64,000 nucleotides of DNA from a virus. Its lineage: Duplodnaviria; Caudoviricetes. Positions within the stretch are counted from its first letter, which is position 1, and each line of letters starts with the position of its first letter. Of the stretch, positions 55,289-64,000 are shown one piece after another. The stretch is from the IMG/VR virus record IMGVR_UViG_3300023283_000263, positions 13,760-77,759 of that record. One strand, written 5' to 3'. The notes under the pieces are model-generated. The model had not been told where the DNA came from. It saw only the letters and a list, made by a program, of their open reading frames with translations, and did no database searches. Position numbers and translations under genes: made by a program.

Positions 55289-55712
55289 CGCAGACGTCGT
55301 CGCGGCGGCTCGGTCTTACGTCGGCGCGAAGTGGCGCCACCAGGGGCGCTCTCGCGCGGGCATCGACTGCGCGGGGCTGATTATCTGTGTCGCGCGTGAT
55401 CTCAGATTGGCGGACGGGTTCGTCGACGACCGCTCCTACAAGCGCCAGCCAGACGGGCGGACGCTGCACGGGCTACTTCGCGCCCACTTGGACGAGGTCC
55501 GGCGATTAGAGATCAAGCCCGGCGACGTCGCGGAGATGCGCGTAGTAAGCGACGGGTACCCCCAGCACTTGGGTATAATCTCAGACGGGCCCGAGGGCCG
55601 GCTGAACATGATCCACGCATGGACCAAAGCGCGCCGCGTGTTCGAGGGCGCGTTTGAACCGTGGCGCCGAAACCTGGTCTGCGTCTTTCGTTTCCGAGGA
55701 CTGGAGGAATGA
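55275..55712 (+). CDS. NlpC/P60 tail-associated peptidase (TIGR02219-like)
   Basis: WRHQGRSRAGIDCAGL, PQHLGII, MIHA. Confidence 0.9.
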   Translation: MPPSSADVVAAARSYVGAKWRHQGRSRAGIDCAGLIICVARDLRLADGFVDDRSYKRQPDGRTLHGLLRAHLDEVRRLEIKPGDVAEMRVVSDGYPQHLGIISDGPEGRLNMIHAWTKARRVFEGAFEPWRRNLVCVFRFRGLEE

Positions 55713-58700
55713 GTGGCTGATCCGGCGACGATCGGAGCCATCGCAGCCGTAGCCTTGACGGTCGCGGCGACTACCGCGCAGCTCTTCTTGCAGCCGGACG
55801 CCCCGGACCAGACTCGCGTGGGCCCGCGTCTCCAAGACCAGCGCGTCACGGTCTCGACCTACGGCAATCCGATCACGATAGGGTTCGGCACGTTCCGCGT
55901 CGGCGGGAATGTCATATGGTCGACGGAGATCGAGGAGCGCAAGGTCGTCCGCGAGGAGGAGGCGGACGCCGGGAAGGGCGGAGGGAGCCAGAGCGTCAAG
56001 ACGACGACGTTCGAGTATTTCGGAAACTTCGCCGTATCGTTCGCTGAGGGTCCGATCGCCGGATTCCGGAGGATCTGGGCGGACTCGAAGATCATCTACG
56101 ACGCGAGCGACAAATCCGAGGTCATCTTCAAATACCCCGCGGCACAGCTCAGGTTGTACCTCGGGACCGAAGACCAGGTCCAGGATCCGCTGATCCAGGC
56201 AGATCAAGGGGATGTGACGCCAGCGTTCCGCGGCCTCGCTTACCTCGTGTTCGAGGGGCTGCCGCTGGAGGACTTCGGCAACAGGCTCCCGGTGCTGAAC
56301 GCGGAGGTCGTCGAGCCCGGGGCTGAGGTCGTCGGGAGTATCGAGGAGATCGAAAACCCCGTCTCCGCGCCCGGCCAGGACATGGACGCGGTGGTCGTGG
56401 ATTCGGTCGGTCGAAGAGCGTACACGTTCCGGTCTGCTTTAGAAGACGGGACGGCGTCCATCGCCGCGCACGACTTGGGGAGCCCCGCGTCGACGATCAG
56501 GAGGCTCAACGACGTGAACGGGTTGATCTGGAACGACCAGATCCAAGAAGGGATCATCGATACTTCCAACCAGCCCGTGGGGTACGAAACGATCGTCGCC
56601 GCTCCGGACGGGCGCCTCTACGCAGCGATATCGGGCAACGACGGGGACCTTTCGGACGACGCCCTTACGTGGATCGCGGAGGTAAACCGCGACAGCTTCC
56701 GCTTCGACCGCGTCGGCGCGGCGGGTAAGATCGAGATCACCGGCACCACCGGGACCGGGGATCCGTCGAGATTCGTCGCTTTCGATCGCCCCCAAGACGC
56801 GGCCGTCCAAGACTACATCGCGGGGGTCGGTTTCATCGACGACCCCGAAGCGCCCGGGGGGGCGGTGTTCGCGACCGGAGTGGTCATATGGGACCGCGGC
56901 ACGAAGACCGGAAACAATCCGAACCCTATCGCCGCGACTACGATATTGCCGGATGATTCGTCGTCGCCGAGAGTCGTCGCCGTCGACAGGGACGGCGGAC
57001 TGTGGATCATCGTGTCCGGGAACGGCCCCACGGAGTTGATCGGCGTCGAGTTCGGCGTAAGCTTGCAGACGCCGGGGCCGGGTCCGTTGAGCCTGTTCGG
57101 GGCAGGCATCAATACGTTCGCGAACGTAGAGGTCAGGTTCGACCTGGAGTCGGTCGGTCTCTTCGAGCCCAGGTTCCTCTTCTACGACGACGTGAGCCAC
57201 TCGCTCGTCGTGGTCGGCGAGGGCCCGGCGGCCGAAGAGGCCCTCGGGTTTCGGTGGATCCGGTTCGACATCGCATCGGGATCCGTCGTCGACTCCGCGG
57301 ACGACCCTCTCGGGCTCGGTTCGAGCACCTCGCTCGATGTGAACGCGCTTCAAAGTCTGAACAGGTCGAACCCGGTGGCCGGTTTCGTCTACATGACCGC
57401 AGGAGGGTCGGTTCTGCGAGTTCGATTCACGGACCTCTCCGACGTCGAGGAACTCGGGGCCTTGCCGGGCGGTTCCCCGGATCAAGGCGTGGCCGTAGAC
57501 GCTTTCAACCAGGCCGTGATGTGGCGCGAGGGAGACATCTACCAGAGGATCTTTTTCGATAGAATCCAGCAGAACACGACTACGTTGTCCGCCGTCGCGG
57601 AGAACTTGACGTCTCGGGCGAACCTGCTCCCCGCCGATGTCGACACCGACGCGGAGATGGACGCGGCCCTGGTGCGCGGGTTCGTCCTCGGCCGGCCGAT
57701 GGCCGTCAGGCAAGCGCTGGACCCTCTGTCGTTCGCTTATTTCTTCGAGTCAGTGGAGTCGGACGATCAGATCAAGTTCGTGACGACCGGCAAGTCCGCG
57801 GTCCGCGCGATCCCGGAGCGCGACCTGGGCGCGGCGGAGCTTCGAGGGGGTTCCGGCCAGGTCGGAGAAGGCGAAGACCTAGATCTGCTCCCCGAGACGC
57901 GCGCGCTGGAGACGGAGCTGCCCGAAAAGATCAGCGTGCAGTACATCGCGATCGCGCGAGACCACCAGGAAGGCGAAGAACAGGATCGTCGCCAAGAGGC
58001 CCCCGGGCCGACCATGTTCTCCGGGCAGGCGGTAAACGTGGAGGTGCCGATCGCGTTCGAGGCGAACGAGGCAAAGGCGATAGCGCAGCGGCGGTTATTC
58101 GCGTCGTGGCTCCAAAGAATCGGGGTAACCGGGGCGCTGTTGCCTAAACACGCGGACTTGGACCCGACAGACGTCGTCGACGTGACCGTCGGCGGCTTGA
58201 CGCGGGCCTTCCGCCTGCAGCGCGGAGACCTCGCGGCCGGCCTGCTTCTAGAGGCCGAGGCCGTCCTGAACGACGTCGAGGTGTTCGCGGCGGACAACGC
58301 GGTCGGGGCGACTCCGCCGGAGGAGGCTCCGGCGATCGGCCCTCCCGGGCGAACGGAGTTCTTCTTCTTGGACGTCCCGCTGCTGCGCGACCGAGACGAC
58401 GCGGGCGGGGTCGCGATCCCGGTGTACGCGGCTTACGGCGCCAGGACGGAAGCGTGGCGCGGCGCCGTTACCCAGGTGTCCCCGAGCGGCGCGGGGTCGT
58501 GGGAGACCTTCGACTCCGCCGTCGCGGACGCGCCGTGGGGGTTCTTGGAGGAGGAGGTCCCGGCGGTGCCGAAGCCGGACGACGGGGGCCTGGACGTCCT
58601 TCTCACGGCGACCGACCGGACCACGCAGATCAAGGTTCGGATCGTCCAGCGCGAAGCAGCGATCCAGTCCGTCACGGAGCAGGAACTCGTCGACGACCTG

Positions 58701-59375
58701 GCGAATCCGGCTCTCATCTTGAACCCGGCCGCCCCGCAAGAAGCCGAGTTCTTCCAATTCGCCAACGTGACCGACAACGGCGACGGGACATTCACGCTCG
58801 ACGTGCTGCTGCGCGCGCGAAGGGGCACCGAAGGAGCGGCCGAGCAGGGGCACCTGGCGGGCGCGCGAGTCGTGTTCCTCGGCGCCGGGGCGGTTCGTCG
58901 TCGAGTGCAGGACTTGGCTGTCCGAGGCGACCAGCTCTTCTACCGCACGATCCCGTTGGGCGAGATCGTCGAGAAGGCGATCGTGGCGAGCGAGGTGAAC
59001 GACGCCAATTCTCTGAAGCCGCTGGCTCCGGTGGACGTCGTCGCGTCGCCGACGCAGGACGGGAGCACCCGGGACCCGGTCGTGGTGACGTGGACGCGGA
59101 GAACGCGCGTCGGGCAGGAAGCGGAGTGGAACGATGAAGTCGAGAACGCTCCGATCGGGGAAGAGAGCGAAGAGTACGAAGTCGACCTTCTCGACCCCGC
59201 GGGGACGACGGTGCAGCAGACGTTCACCGGGATCGCGGACGACGCGACCGGCGTCTCGATTTCTGATGCAGAGCAGCAGGCGGCGGGCTACAGTTCCGGG
59301 GACCTGCTCAGGGTCAGGATTTTCCAGATCAGCGCGGCCGTTGGCCGCGGATTCGGGCGAGACGCTCTCGTCTAG
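55713..59375 (+). CDS. Host-specificity / central tail fibre protein (GTA-like)
   Basis: STYGNPITIGFGTFRVGGNVIW, PAFRGLAYLVFE, FGNRLP, LLRARRGTE, WTRRTR. Confidence 0.9.
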   Translation: MADPATIGAIAAVALTVAATTAQLFLQPDAPDQTRVGPRLQDQRVTVSTYGNPITIGFGTFRVGGNVIWSTEIEERKVVREEEADAGKGGGSQSVKTTTFEYFGNFAVSFAEGPIAGFRRIWADSKIIYDASDKSEVIFKYPAAQLRLYLGTEDQVQDPLIQADQGDVTPAFRGLAYLVFEGLPLEDFGNRLPVLNAEVVEPGAEVVGSIEEIENPVSAPGQDMDAVVVDSVGRRAYTFRSALEDGTASIAAHDLGSPASTIRRLNDVNGLIWNDQIQEGIIDTSNQPVGYETIVAAPDGRLYAAISGNDGDLSDDALTWIAEVNRDSFRFDRVGAAGKIEITGTTGTGDPSRFVAFDRPQDAAVQDYIAGVGFIDDPEAPGGAVFATGVVIWDRGTKTGNNPNPIAATTILPDDSSSPRVVAVDRDGGLWIIVSGNGPTELIGVEFGVSLQTPGPGPLSLFGAGINTFANVEVRFDLESVGLFEPRFLFYDDVSHSLVVVGEGPAAEEALGFRWIRFDIASGSVVDSADDPLGLGSSTSLDVNALQSLNRSNPVAGFVYMTAGGSVLRVRFTDLSDVEELGALPGGSPDQGVAVDAFNQAVMWREGDIYQRIFFDRIQQNTTTLSAVAENLTSRANLLPADVDTDAEMDAALVRGFVLGRPMAVRQALDPLSFAYFFESVESDDQIKFVTTGKSAVRAIPERDLGAAELRGGSGQVGEGEDLDLLPETRALETELPEKISVQYIAIARDHQEGEEQDRRQEAPGPTMFSGQAVNVEVPIAFEANEAKAIAQRRLFASWLQRIGVTGALLPKHADLDPTDVVDVTVGGLTRAFRLQRGDLAAGLLLEAEAVLNDVEVFAADNAVGATPPEEAPAIGPPGRTEFFFLDVPLLRDRDDAGGVAIPVYAAYGARTEAWRGAVTQVSPSGAGSWETFDSAVADAPWGFLEEEVPAVPKPDDGGLDVLLTATDRTTQIKVRIVQREAAIQSVTEQELVDDLANPALILNPAAPQEAEFFQFANVTDNGDGTFTLDVLLRARRGTEGAAEQGHLAGARVVFLGAGAVRRRVQDLAVRGDQLFYRTIPLGEIVEKAIVASEVNDANSLKPLAPVDVVASPTQDGSTRDPVVVTWTRRTRVGQEAEWNDEVENAPIGEESEEYEVDLLDPAGTTVQQTFTGIADDATGVSISDAEQQAAGYSSGDLLRVRIFQISAAVGRGFGRDALV

Positions 59376-59384
59376 CGAGGGATC

Positions 59385-61232
59385 ATGGCGACGCCGGGTC
59401 TCAACTTCCCGCAGCTCTCGGCCGGCCAGGCCGACAAGACCACGACCGTCAACGACGCGCTTCTCGCGATCGAGGAGCACCTCGTCGACGTCCTGTTGAA
59501 AGACGTCTCGGCTGGCGGCGCGATCGCGCTCACGGACGACGAGGCGACGCGCCACAAGCTGATGAACTTCACCGGGGCGCCGGGCGGGGAGGTGACGGTC
59601 GAGATCCCCGCGGGTCGAGAGACGCTGGTCTTCGCGAGGGATTCCACGATCGGCGGGAACCAGATCAACCTCGGGGTCGCCGGCGGGGCCTCGGTCGGCT
59701 TGACGGCCGGCGAGTGGACCATCGTCCACTCCGACGGGGTGAACGCGATCTTGATCTCCGTCGGGGGGGCCGGAAGCGGAGGCGGGGCCGCCGCGCCCTC
59801 AGCGGAGCGGATCGAGCTGTCGCTCTCCGCGGACCAGGTAGACCCCGTCGCTCCGACGCTGGTAGCGTTCGACCAAGCCGCGGAAGCCGACGGGCTCTCT
59901 CTGGCCGCGAACAAGGTCGCGCTGAAGGCGGGCAAGACCTACCTCCTGATGGCGCACGTCAGAATCTCCGAGAACAGCGGCGCCGCGACCGCCGACTTCG
60001 TCTGGCGCGACGACACCGCCGGGGCCGACATCGGGGAGACCGTCCAGATCAAGACCACGAACGACGCCGGTAATACCTCGTCTGGCGCCGCGGTCTTGGC
60101 CCTGTTCACGCCGGCGTCGGACTCCGACGTCGGTCTCCGGATCGCCGCGACGAGCGCCGGGACCGTGGACGTGCTGTCGGCCGGCACGGTCGCGACCGTC
60201 GTGCAGGTCGGGCAAGTCGGCGGCGGGGGGTTCGTGCTGCGCCAGCAGCTCGGCGCGCCGGCGGCGTCGATGTCCGTGAGCGGGGTCCCCGGGGACGCCG
60301 ATGTGCTGCGGATCCAAATCCGCGCTCGAACCGACGCTGTCTCCGACGTCTCGGACCTCGGCGTGCGGTTCAACGGGGACGCCAGCGCGTCGTATTCGGC
60401 CATCCGGGTGATCATAAACGGGAGCGGGGCGGTCTCCGCGGCCGGGTCCGGCAGCGGTCAAAATCAACTGGAGGCCGGACCCGTCTCCGCGGCGAACGCG
60501 CCCGCGCAAGCGTTCGGCGTCGTCGAAGGCGCCGTCCCCCGCTACGACGCGAGCGGCGACTCGATCCACAAAGCCGCGAACTTCAACGGTCACCTGCAGG
60601 GGACGTCCTCTCAAGCCGGTACCCGCGTCACGCTGGGCGGGGGTCGCTGGGAGAACGACGCCGCGATCACGTCTATCGAGGTCTTGCCGCTCGACGGGAG
60701 CAACTTCGTCGCCGGGAGCGAGATCATCGTCTACGGGCTGCGGCTCGGAGAAGTGGCGTCCGGGGAGGGGGCGTTCGAGAGCGCGCTGCTCCACGTCGTC
60801 GACGAGAAGGCGGCGGGGACGGCCGGCGGCGGTTCTTCGACGGGCGTCAACACGCGCGACTTGAACGCGGTTCTGACGAACGAGATCGCCGGGGCTTCGC
60901 TCGGGGCCAATCAAATCAATCTCCCGGCGGGCACCTATTGGGCGGAGTTCAGCGCTCCGGCTCACCGATCCGACGCGCACCAAGCGCGGCTCCGAGACGT
61001 CACGAACCTCTCGACGCTCGCGGTCGGAAGTTCGGAGTTTTCGAGCAACGCGGCCGGCCAGAACGACCAGACCCGGTCCGGCGGGGCGGGGCGATTCGTG
61101 CTTGCCGGGGCCGCCGACGTGGAGCTGCAGCATGACGTCCAGATGGCGCAGGCGACCGACGGTCTCGGCGTAGCGCGGAACGGGGCAGAAGCAGAACGGT
61201 ACGCGGAAGTCCGGATCTGGAAGGTCGCGTAG
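59385..61232 (+). CDS. Tail fibre protein (DUF2793-like N-terminus)
   Basis: TPGLNFPQLSAGQADKTTTVNDALLAI; beta-rich C-terminal modules. Confidence 0.75.
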   Translation: MATPGLNFPQLSAGQADKTTTVNDALLAIEEHLVDVLLKDVSAGGAIALTDDEATRHKLMNFTGAPGGEVTVEIPAGRETLVFARDSTIGGNQINLGVAGGASVGLTAGEWTIVHSDGVNAILISVGGAGSGGGAAAPSAERIELSLSADQVDPVAPTLVAFDQAAEADGLSLAANKVALKAGKTYLLMAHVRISENSGAATADFVWRDDTAGADIGETVQIKTTNDAGNTSSGAAVLALFTPASDSDVGLRIAATSAGTVDVLSAGTVATVVQVGQVGGGGFVLRQQLGAPAASMSVSGVPGDADVLRIQIRARTDAVSDVSDLGVRFNGDASASYSAIRVIINGSGAVSAAGSGSGQNQLEAGPVSAANAPAQAFGVVEGAVPRYDASGDSIHKAANFNGHLQGTSSQAGTRVTLGGGRWENDAAITSIEVLPLDGSNFVAGSEIIVYGLRLGEVASGEGAFESALLHVVDEKAAGTAGGGSSTGVNTRDLNAVLTNEIAGASLGANQINLPAGTYWAEFSAPAHRSDAHQARLRDVTNLSTLAVGSSEFSSNAAGQNDQTRSGGAGRFVLAGAADVELQHDVQMAQATDGLGVARNGAEAERYAEVRIWKVA

Positions 61233-61245
61233 GGAGAGACGCCAG

Positions 61246-63690
61246 ATGGCGTTCTTCGATCGAAGCACCGGCGCGCTGCTGGAGAAAATCACCTGGCTGC
61301 AAGGCCGGCGCGTATTCGTGGACGCCGCGAACGGCGACGACGATACCGGCGACGGCAGTTCCGGGTCGCCGTTCCAAACGCTGGTGCGCGGCGCGCAGGA
61401 GATCCGCAGCGGTTTCGGCGACGTCCTGATCGCCTTGCCCGGGCTCTATCGCGCGGATGAGGTCGTTTTCTCTAATGTAACCGATTTCGCCCTGATCGGT
61501 TCGGCGGCGAGCGTTGCTGGGGCGCCGGGCTCCCAAGGGATAGACGTGTCGGACGTCACTCCGAGTTTTACAAGCGGGAACCCGGCCAAGTTGACGTATA
61601 TGGTACCGTCGGGCGCTCAGCCCGCGCCGCGGCAAGGCGTCGTTGTCTATGGCGCTGTAGAGAACGGGACGTCGCGCATCAACGGCGCGGCCATAGCCCT
61701 GTCGTCGTCGGACGGCCAATTCGACGCGACGGCGCTTGGACCGGGGGAGACAGGCGACTACCCGCCGGCCCAGCTCCCGCGCGTGATCCGCGCCGGGATC
61801 ACGCTAGATCGGTGCAAGCGCGTCGTCGTAGCCGGGTGGACGTTCGGCGTTTCGGAACTGAATCCGGAATTCACCGGGCTCCATATCCACGGATGCGCGG
61901 ACGTCACGGTGACACAGTCGCAGTTCCCGCGATCCTACCTGGGAATCACCAGCGACAAAAAGATATTCCAAGGTCCGGAATCGCCTAGTTTCCCGTCTCT
62001 CGGGAGCAGCGACTTCGGCAACACTAATGTGAATATCGAAGGAAACATCATCGGACCGCAGGTGTGGATCGTCGGCGGGTTTTTTGATTTTGGTCGCGAC
62101 CTCCAGATGCCCGTCGTCAGCCTGGCAAATGGTGCCGGCGCGGCGTTCGCCAAAAACGTCTTCACGGCAGGCGTCGTAGATAGTGGTGTCACTAACGTGA
62201 TCCCTTACGAAGACGCAGGTGCGGAAGGAATTATCCACGTCGCGATCAACCCTGGGCTCGGCCATTTGTTTTCAGGCAACCAGTTCTTCGACCGATTCGG
62301 GGTCGCGCCCGCGACATACGACACGGTGTTTCATTTCGACGCGCCAGAAGGCGCGGAAGAAGCATTTCAACAGGCGAGAAACAACCAGACATTCGTGCTG
62401 CCCGCCGCGGACCCGCTTGCGAAGACGTTCGCCCGGGGGAACTTCTTCGACGGCGCCACGAGTGGTAGCCCGGTGGTTCTGGACGATGTCGAAGGGCTCC
62501 AGGACCTGGAGCCGAACAGCATCCCCAACCAGTCGTTTCTGAACACCTGGGGCGAGCTGGTATGGCGGCGCCGGCCGATAGACGCAATCGAACTGGACCC
62601 GTCGATGGGTCGCCTGGTGGCCCAGCAGTCGTTCCGCGGAGCGGTGTGGGTCGACACGATCGCCGGGCAGGCTGGGACGGAGCTGCCCGTCGGTACGCCC
62701 AGCAACCCCGTGAACAACCTGGCCGACGCACTCGTCATCGCTTCGACCAACCAGATTTCGGAGCTGAGAATCCGCGGAACGATTACCCTCGACCAGCCCG
62801 CCCCGGGCTTCAAGTTCCAGGGCAACCCGTTCGGTACGCTCGACCTGGGGGGCCAGGACCTGAACTTCGCGTCCATGCAGCAGCTCCAGGTCACTGGGTC
62901 TGGTACGGGCGAAGTGTTCGTCGAGAACTGCGTCTTCGTCGGGGTGTCCGGCATCCACGGTCGCTTCAACCAGGTCGGTTTCCAAGGAACGTTCGCTCCG
63001 TCCGCCGGGGTCTTGCTGGTGAACGACTCGGGCAAATCAGACCCGAACATTGATCCGGTCTTCGACCTGTCTTCCGGTGTCAGCGGCGCGATCCGCGAGT
63101 GGTCAGGCGGCATCCAGGTAGAGAACGTGGCGCAGCCCGGGCAGGTGGTGTCGCTCGACATCTCGGCGGGCCGCGTGGGCCTGGGCGCGACGAACACCGA
63201 CGGGACGATCACGGTGCGCGGCGTCGTCGACCTAGACGACCAGTCGGCTGGATCCCAGGTCGTCCGCGGCGACAACCTCGAAGAAGCGAGGGCGGCGTCG
63301 GCGGCCGTCGACGCGAGATTACCCGCCGACCCCGCGGACGAGAGTTTGCAGCAAGCGGCCCACGCCCAGACCCAAGCCGACGTCGCGGCTCTCAACGACT
63401 TGAGCCCGGCCGACGCGGCGGACGCCGTGTGGGACGAGGCGCTATCCGGCCACCAGGTCGCCGGGTCTGCCGGGCAAGCGCTGGAGTCGAATCGCGACCA
63501 CGTCCAGGGGCGCAAGCAGATCGACACCTCGAACTCGGACCAGTGGCAGGAAGTCGTGTTCGACCGGGACACGGGCGCGGAGATCCAGCGATACGACCTG
63601 CGCGACCAGAACGGCGCCGCCGTCTCCGACGCGAACAACCCGCTCGTCGACCCGACCGGCGTGTTCATCGCCGAGAGGATCCCGGTCTGA
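61246..63690 (+). CDS. Tail spike / receptor-binding protein with a probable beta-helix
   Basis: VFVDAANGDDDTGDGSSGSPFQT (DUF1565-like); pectin-lyase-like periodicity. Confidence 0.65.
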   Translation: MAFFDRSTGALLEKITWLQGRRVFVDAANGDDDTGDGSSGSPFQTLVRGAQEIRSGFGDVLIALPGLYRADEVVFSNVTDFALIGSAASVAGAPGSQGIDVSDVTPSFTSGNPAKLTYMVPSGAQPAPRQGVVVYGAVENGTSRINGAAIALSSSDGQFDATALGPGETGDYPPAQLPRVIRAGITLDRCKRVVVAGWTFGVSELNPEFTGLHIHGCADVTVTQSQFPRSYLGITSDKKIFQGPESPSFPSLGSSDFGNTNVNIEGNIIGPQVWIVGGFFDFGRDLQMPVVSLANGAGAAFAKNVFTAGVVDSGVTNVIPYEDAGAEGIIHVAINPGLGHLFSGNQFFDRFGVAPATYDTVFHFDAPEGAEEAFQQARNNQTFVLPAADPLAKTFARGNFFDGATSGSPVVLDDVEGLQDLEPNSIPNQSFLNTWGELVWRRRPIDAIELDPSMGRLVAQQSFRGAVWVDTIAGQAGTELPVGTPSNPVNNLADALVIASTNQISELRIRGTITLDQPAPGFKFQGNPFGTLDLGGQDLNFASMQQLQVTGSGTGEVFVENCVFVGVSGIHGRFNQVGFQGTFAPSAGVLLVNDSGKSDPNIDPVFDLSSGVSGAIREWSGGIQVENVAQPGQVVSLDISAGRVGLGATNTDGTITVRGVVDLDDQSAGSQVVRGDNLEEARAASAAVDARLPADPADESLQQAAHAQTQADVAALNDLSPADAADAVWDEALSGHQVAGSAGQALESNRDHVQGRKQIDTSNSDQWQEVVFDRDTGAEIQRYDLRDQNGAAVSDANNPLVDPTGVFIAERIPV

Positions 63691-63995
63691 TGCAGGTCAT
63701 AGGAGGCGGGCCGGTCGGTATGTTCGGCGCCGGGGACGGGGTCGTCCCCGGGGTCGTAGGTCTGTTCTCGCCGTTCGAGGATCTGTCGCTCCAGGTCCCG
63801 ATAGACGCTGAGGTCCTTCTCCGCCCCGTTCTGGCGGGGCGCGCCTCGGTCGCGGCTGTCCTCTCTGGCGAGGCCCGCTTCGACCGCGCCGTCTCGGGGC
63901 GAGCGAGGACCTCTTCGGCGGTCTCCGGCGACCCCGGGGTCGCGCCGGCGGTGGGCGGGGCCCCGATCGTCCGGCCGAAGCGGCCCGGGGAATAG
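63690..63995 (+). CDS. Hypothetical protein
   Basis: TGATG overlap with the previous gene. Confidence 0.45.
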   Translation: MQVIGGGPVGMFGAGDGVVPGVVGLFSPFEDLSLQVPIDAEVLLRPVLAGRASVAAVLSGEARFDRAVSGRARTSSAVSGDPGVAPAVGGAPIVRPKRPGE

Positions 63996-64000
63996 CACCG

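Larger units (their letters stand above)
4546..63944. repeat. Dispersed 18-bp perfect palindrome CGCGACCCCGGGGTCGCG
   Basis: Exact copies at 4546, 13323, 17503, 20519, 23076, 26366, 27438, 29424, 30585, 34052, 38389, 41162, 45300, 48109 and 54977; near copies at 15057, 15639 and 63927. Confidence 0.95.

Noticed and set aside
676-59729. Long minus-strand and alternative-frame ORFs (e.g. 9187-11946, 44612-46942, 7376-8992, 58248-59729)
   Set aside because: They are Arg/Pro/Gly-rich shadows of real plus-strand genes caused by high GC, with no recognisable motifs. Only 12272-12985 shows a genuine domain signature.
1-64000. tRNA/rRNA genes, integrase or att sites, and a PurZ/DpoZ-type base-substitution system
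   Set aside because: No T-loop or cloverleaf in intergenic regions, no tyrosine or serine recombinase motifs, and no PurZ-like gene seen in this window.

Overview
This 64-kb, very GC-rich window is a continuous piece of a tailed dsDNA phage (siphovirus-like) genome, with essentially all real genes on the + strand. Order: replication/recombination/nucleotide genes (SF2 helicase, RecA-like, ThyX, Cas4-like and RuvC-like nucleases, family A DNA polymerase; 1-9.2 kb); portal and an intein-containing MuF/gp7-like head protein (9.2-13.2 kb); about 17 kb of small accessory genes (DUF2493, DUF932, beta-clamp-like, UDG-like, RNA ligase, DNA methyltransferase, gp88-like); terminase; kinase, phosphoesterase and ClpP; prohead protease, scaffold and capsid; and a GTA-like tail module (tube, frameshifted chaperone, tape measure, DUF2460, split BR0599 hub, NlpC/P60, host-specificity protein, fibres). 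Three signals stand out. (1) At 17.55-19.37 kb, a nuclease-less IS110/Nop-domain protein is flanked by five hairpin-enclosed dual-spacer units (AGCCCR-N9-TG..CCR-N9-TTCGC), i.e. a TIGR-Tas-like RNA-guided system with an embedded partner gene. (2) An intein whose central region encodes an HTH plus Vsr/DUF559-like endonuclease on the opposite strand. (3) An 18-bp perfect palindrome, CGCGACCCCGGGGTCGCG, dispersed at least 15 times. No tRNA, rRNA, CRISPR array or integrase was seen. All family assignments are by-eye motif recognition; no database search was run.
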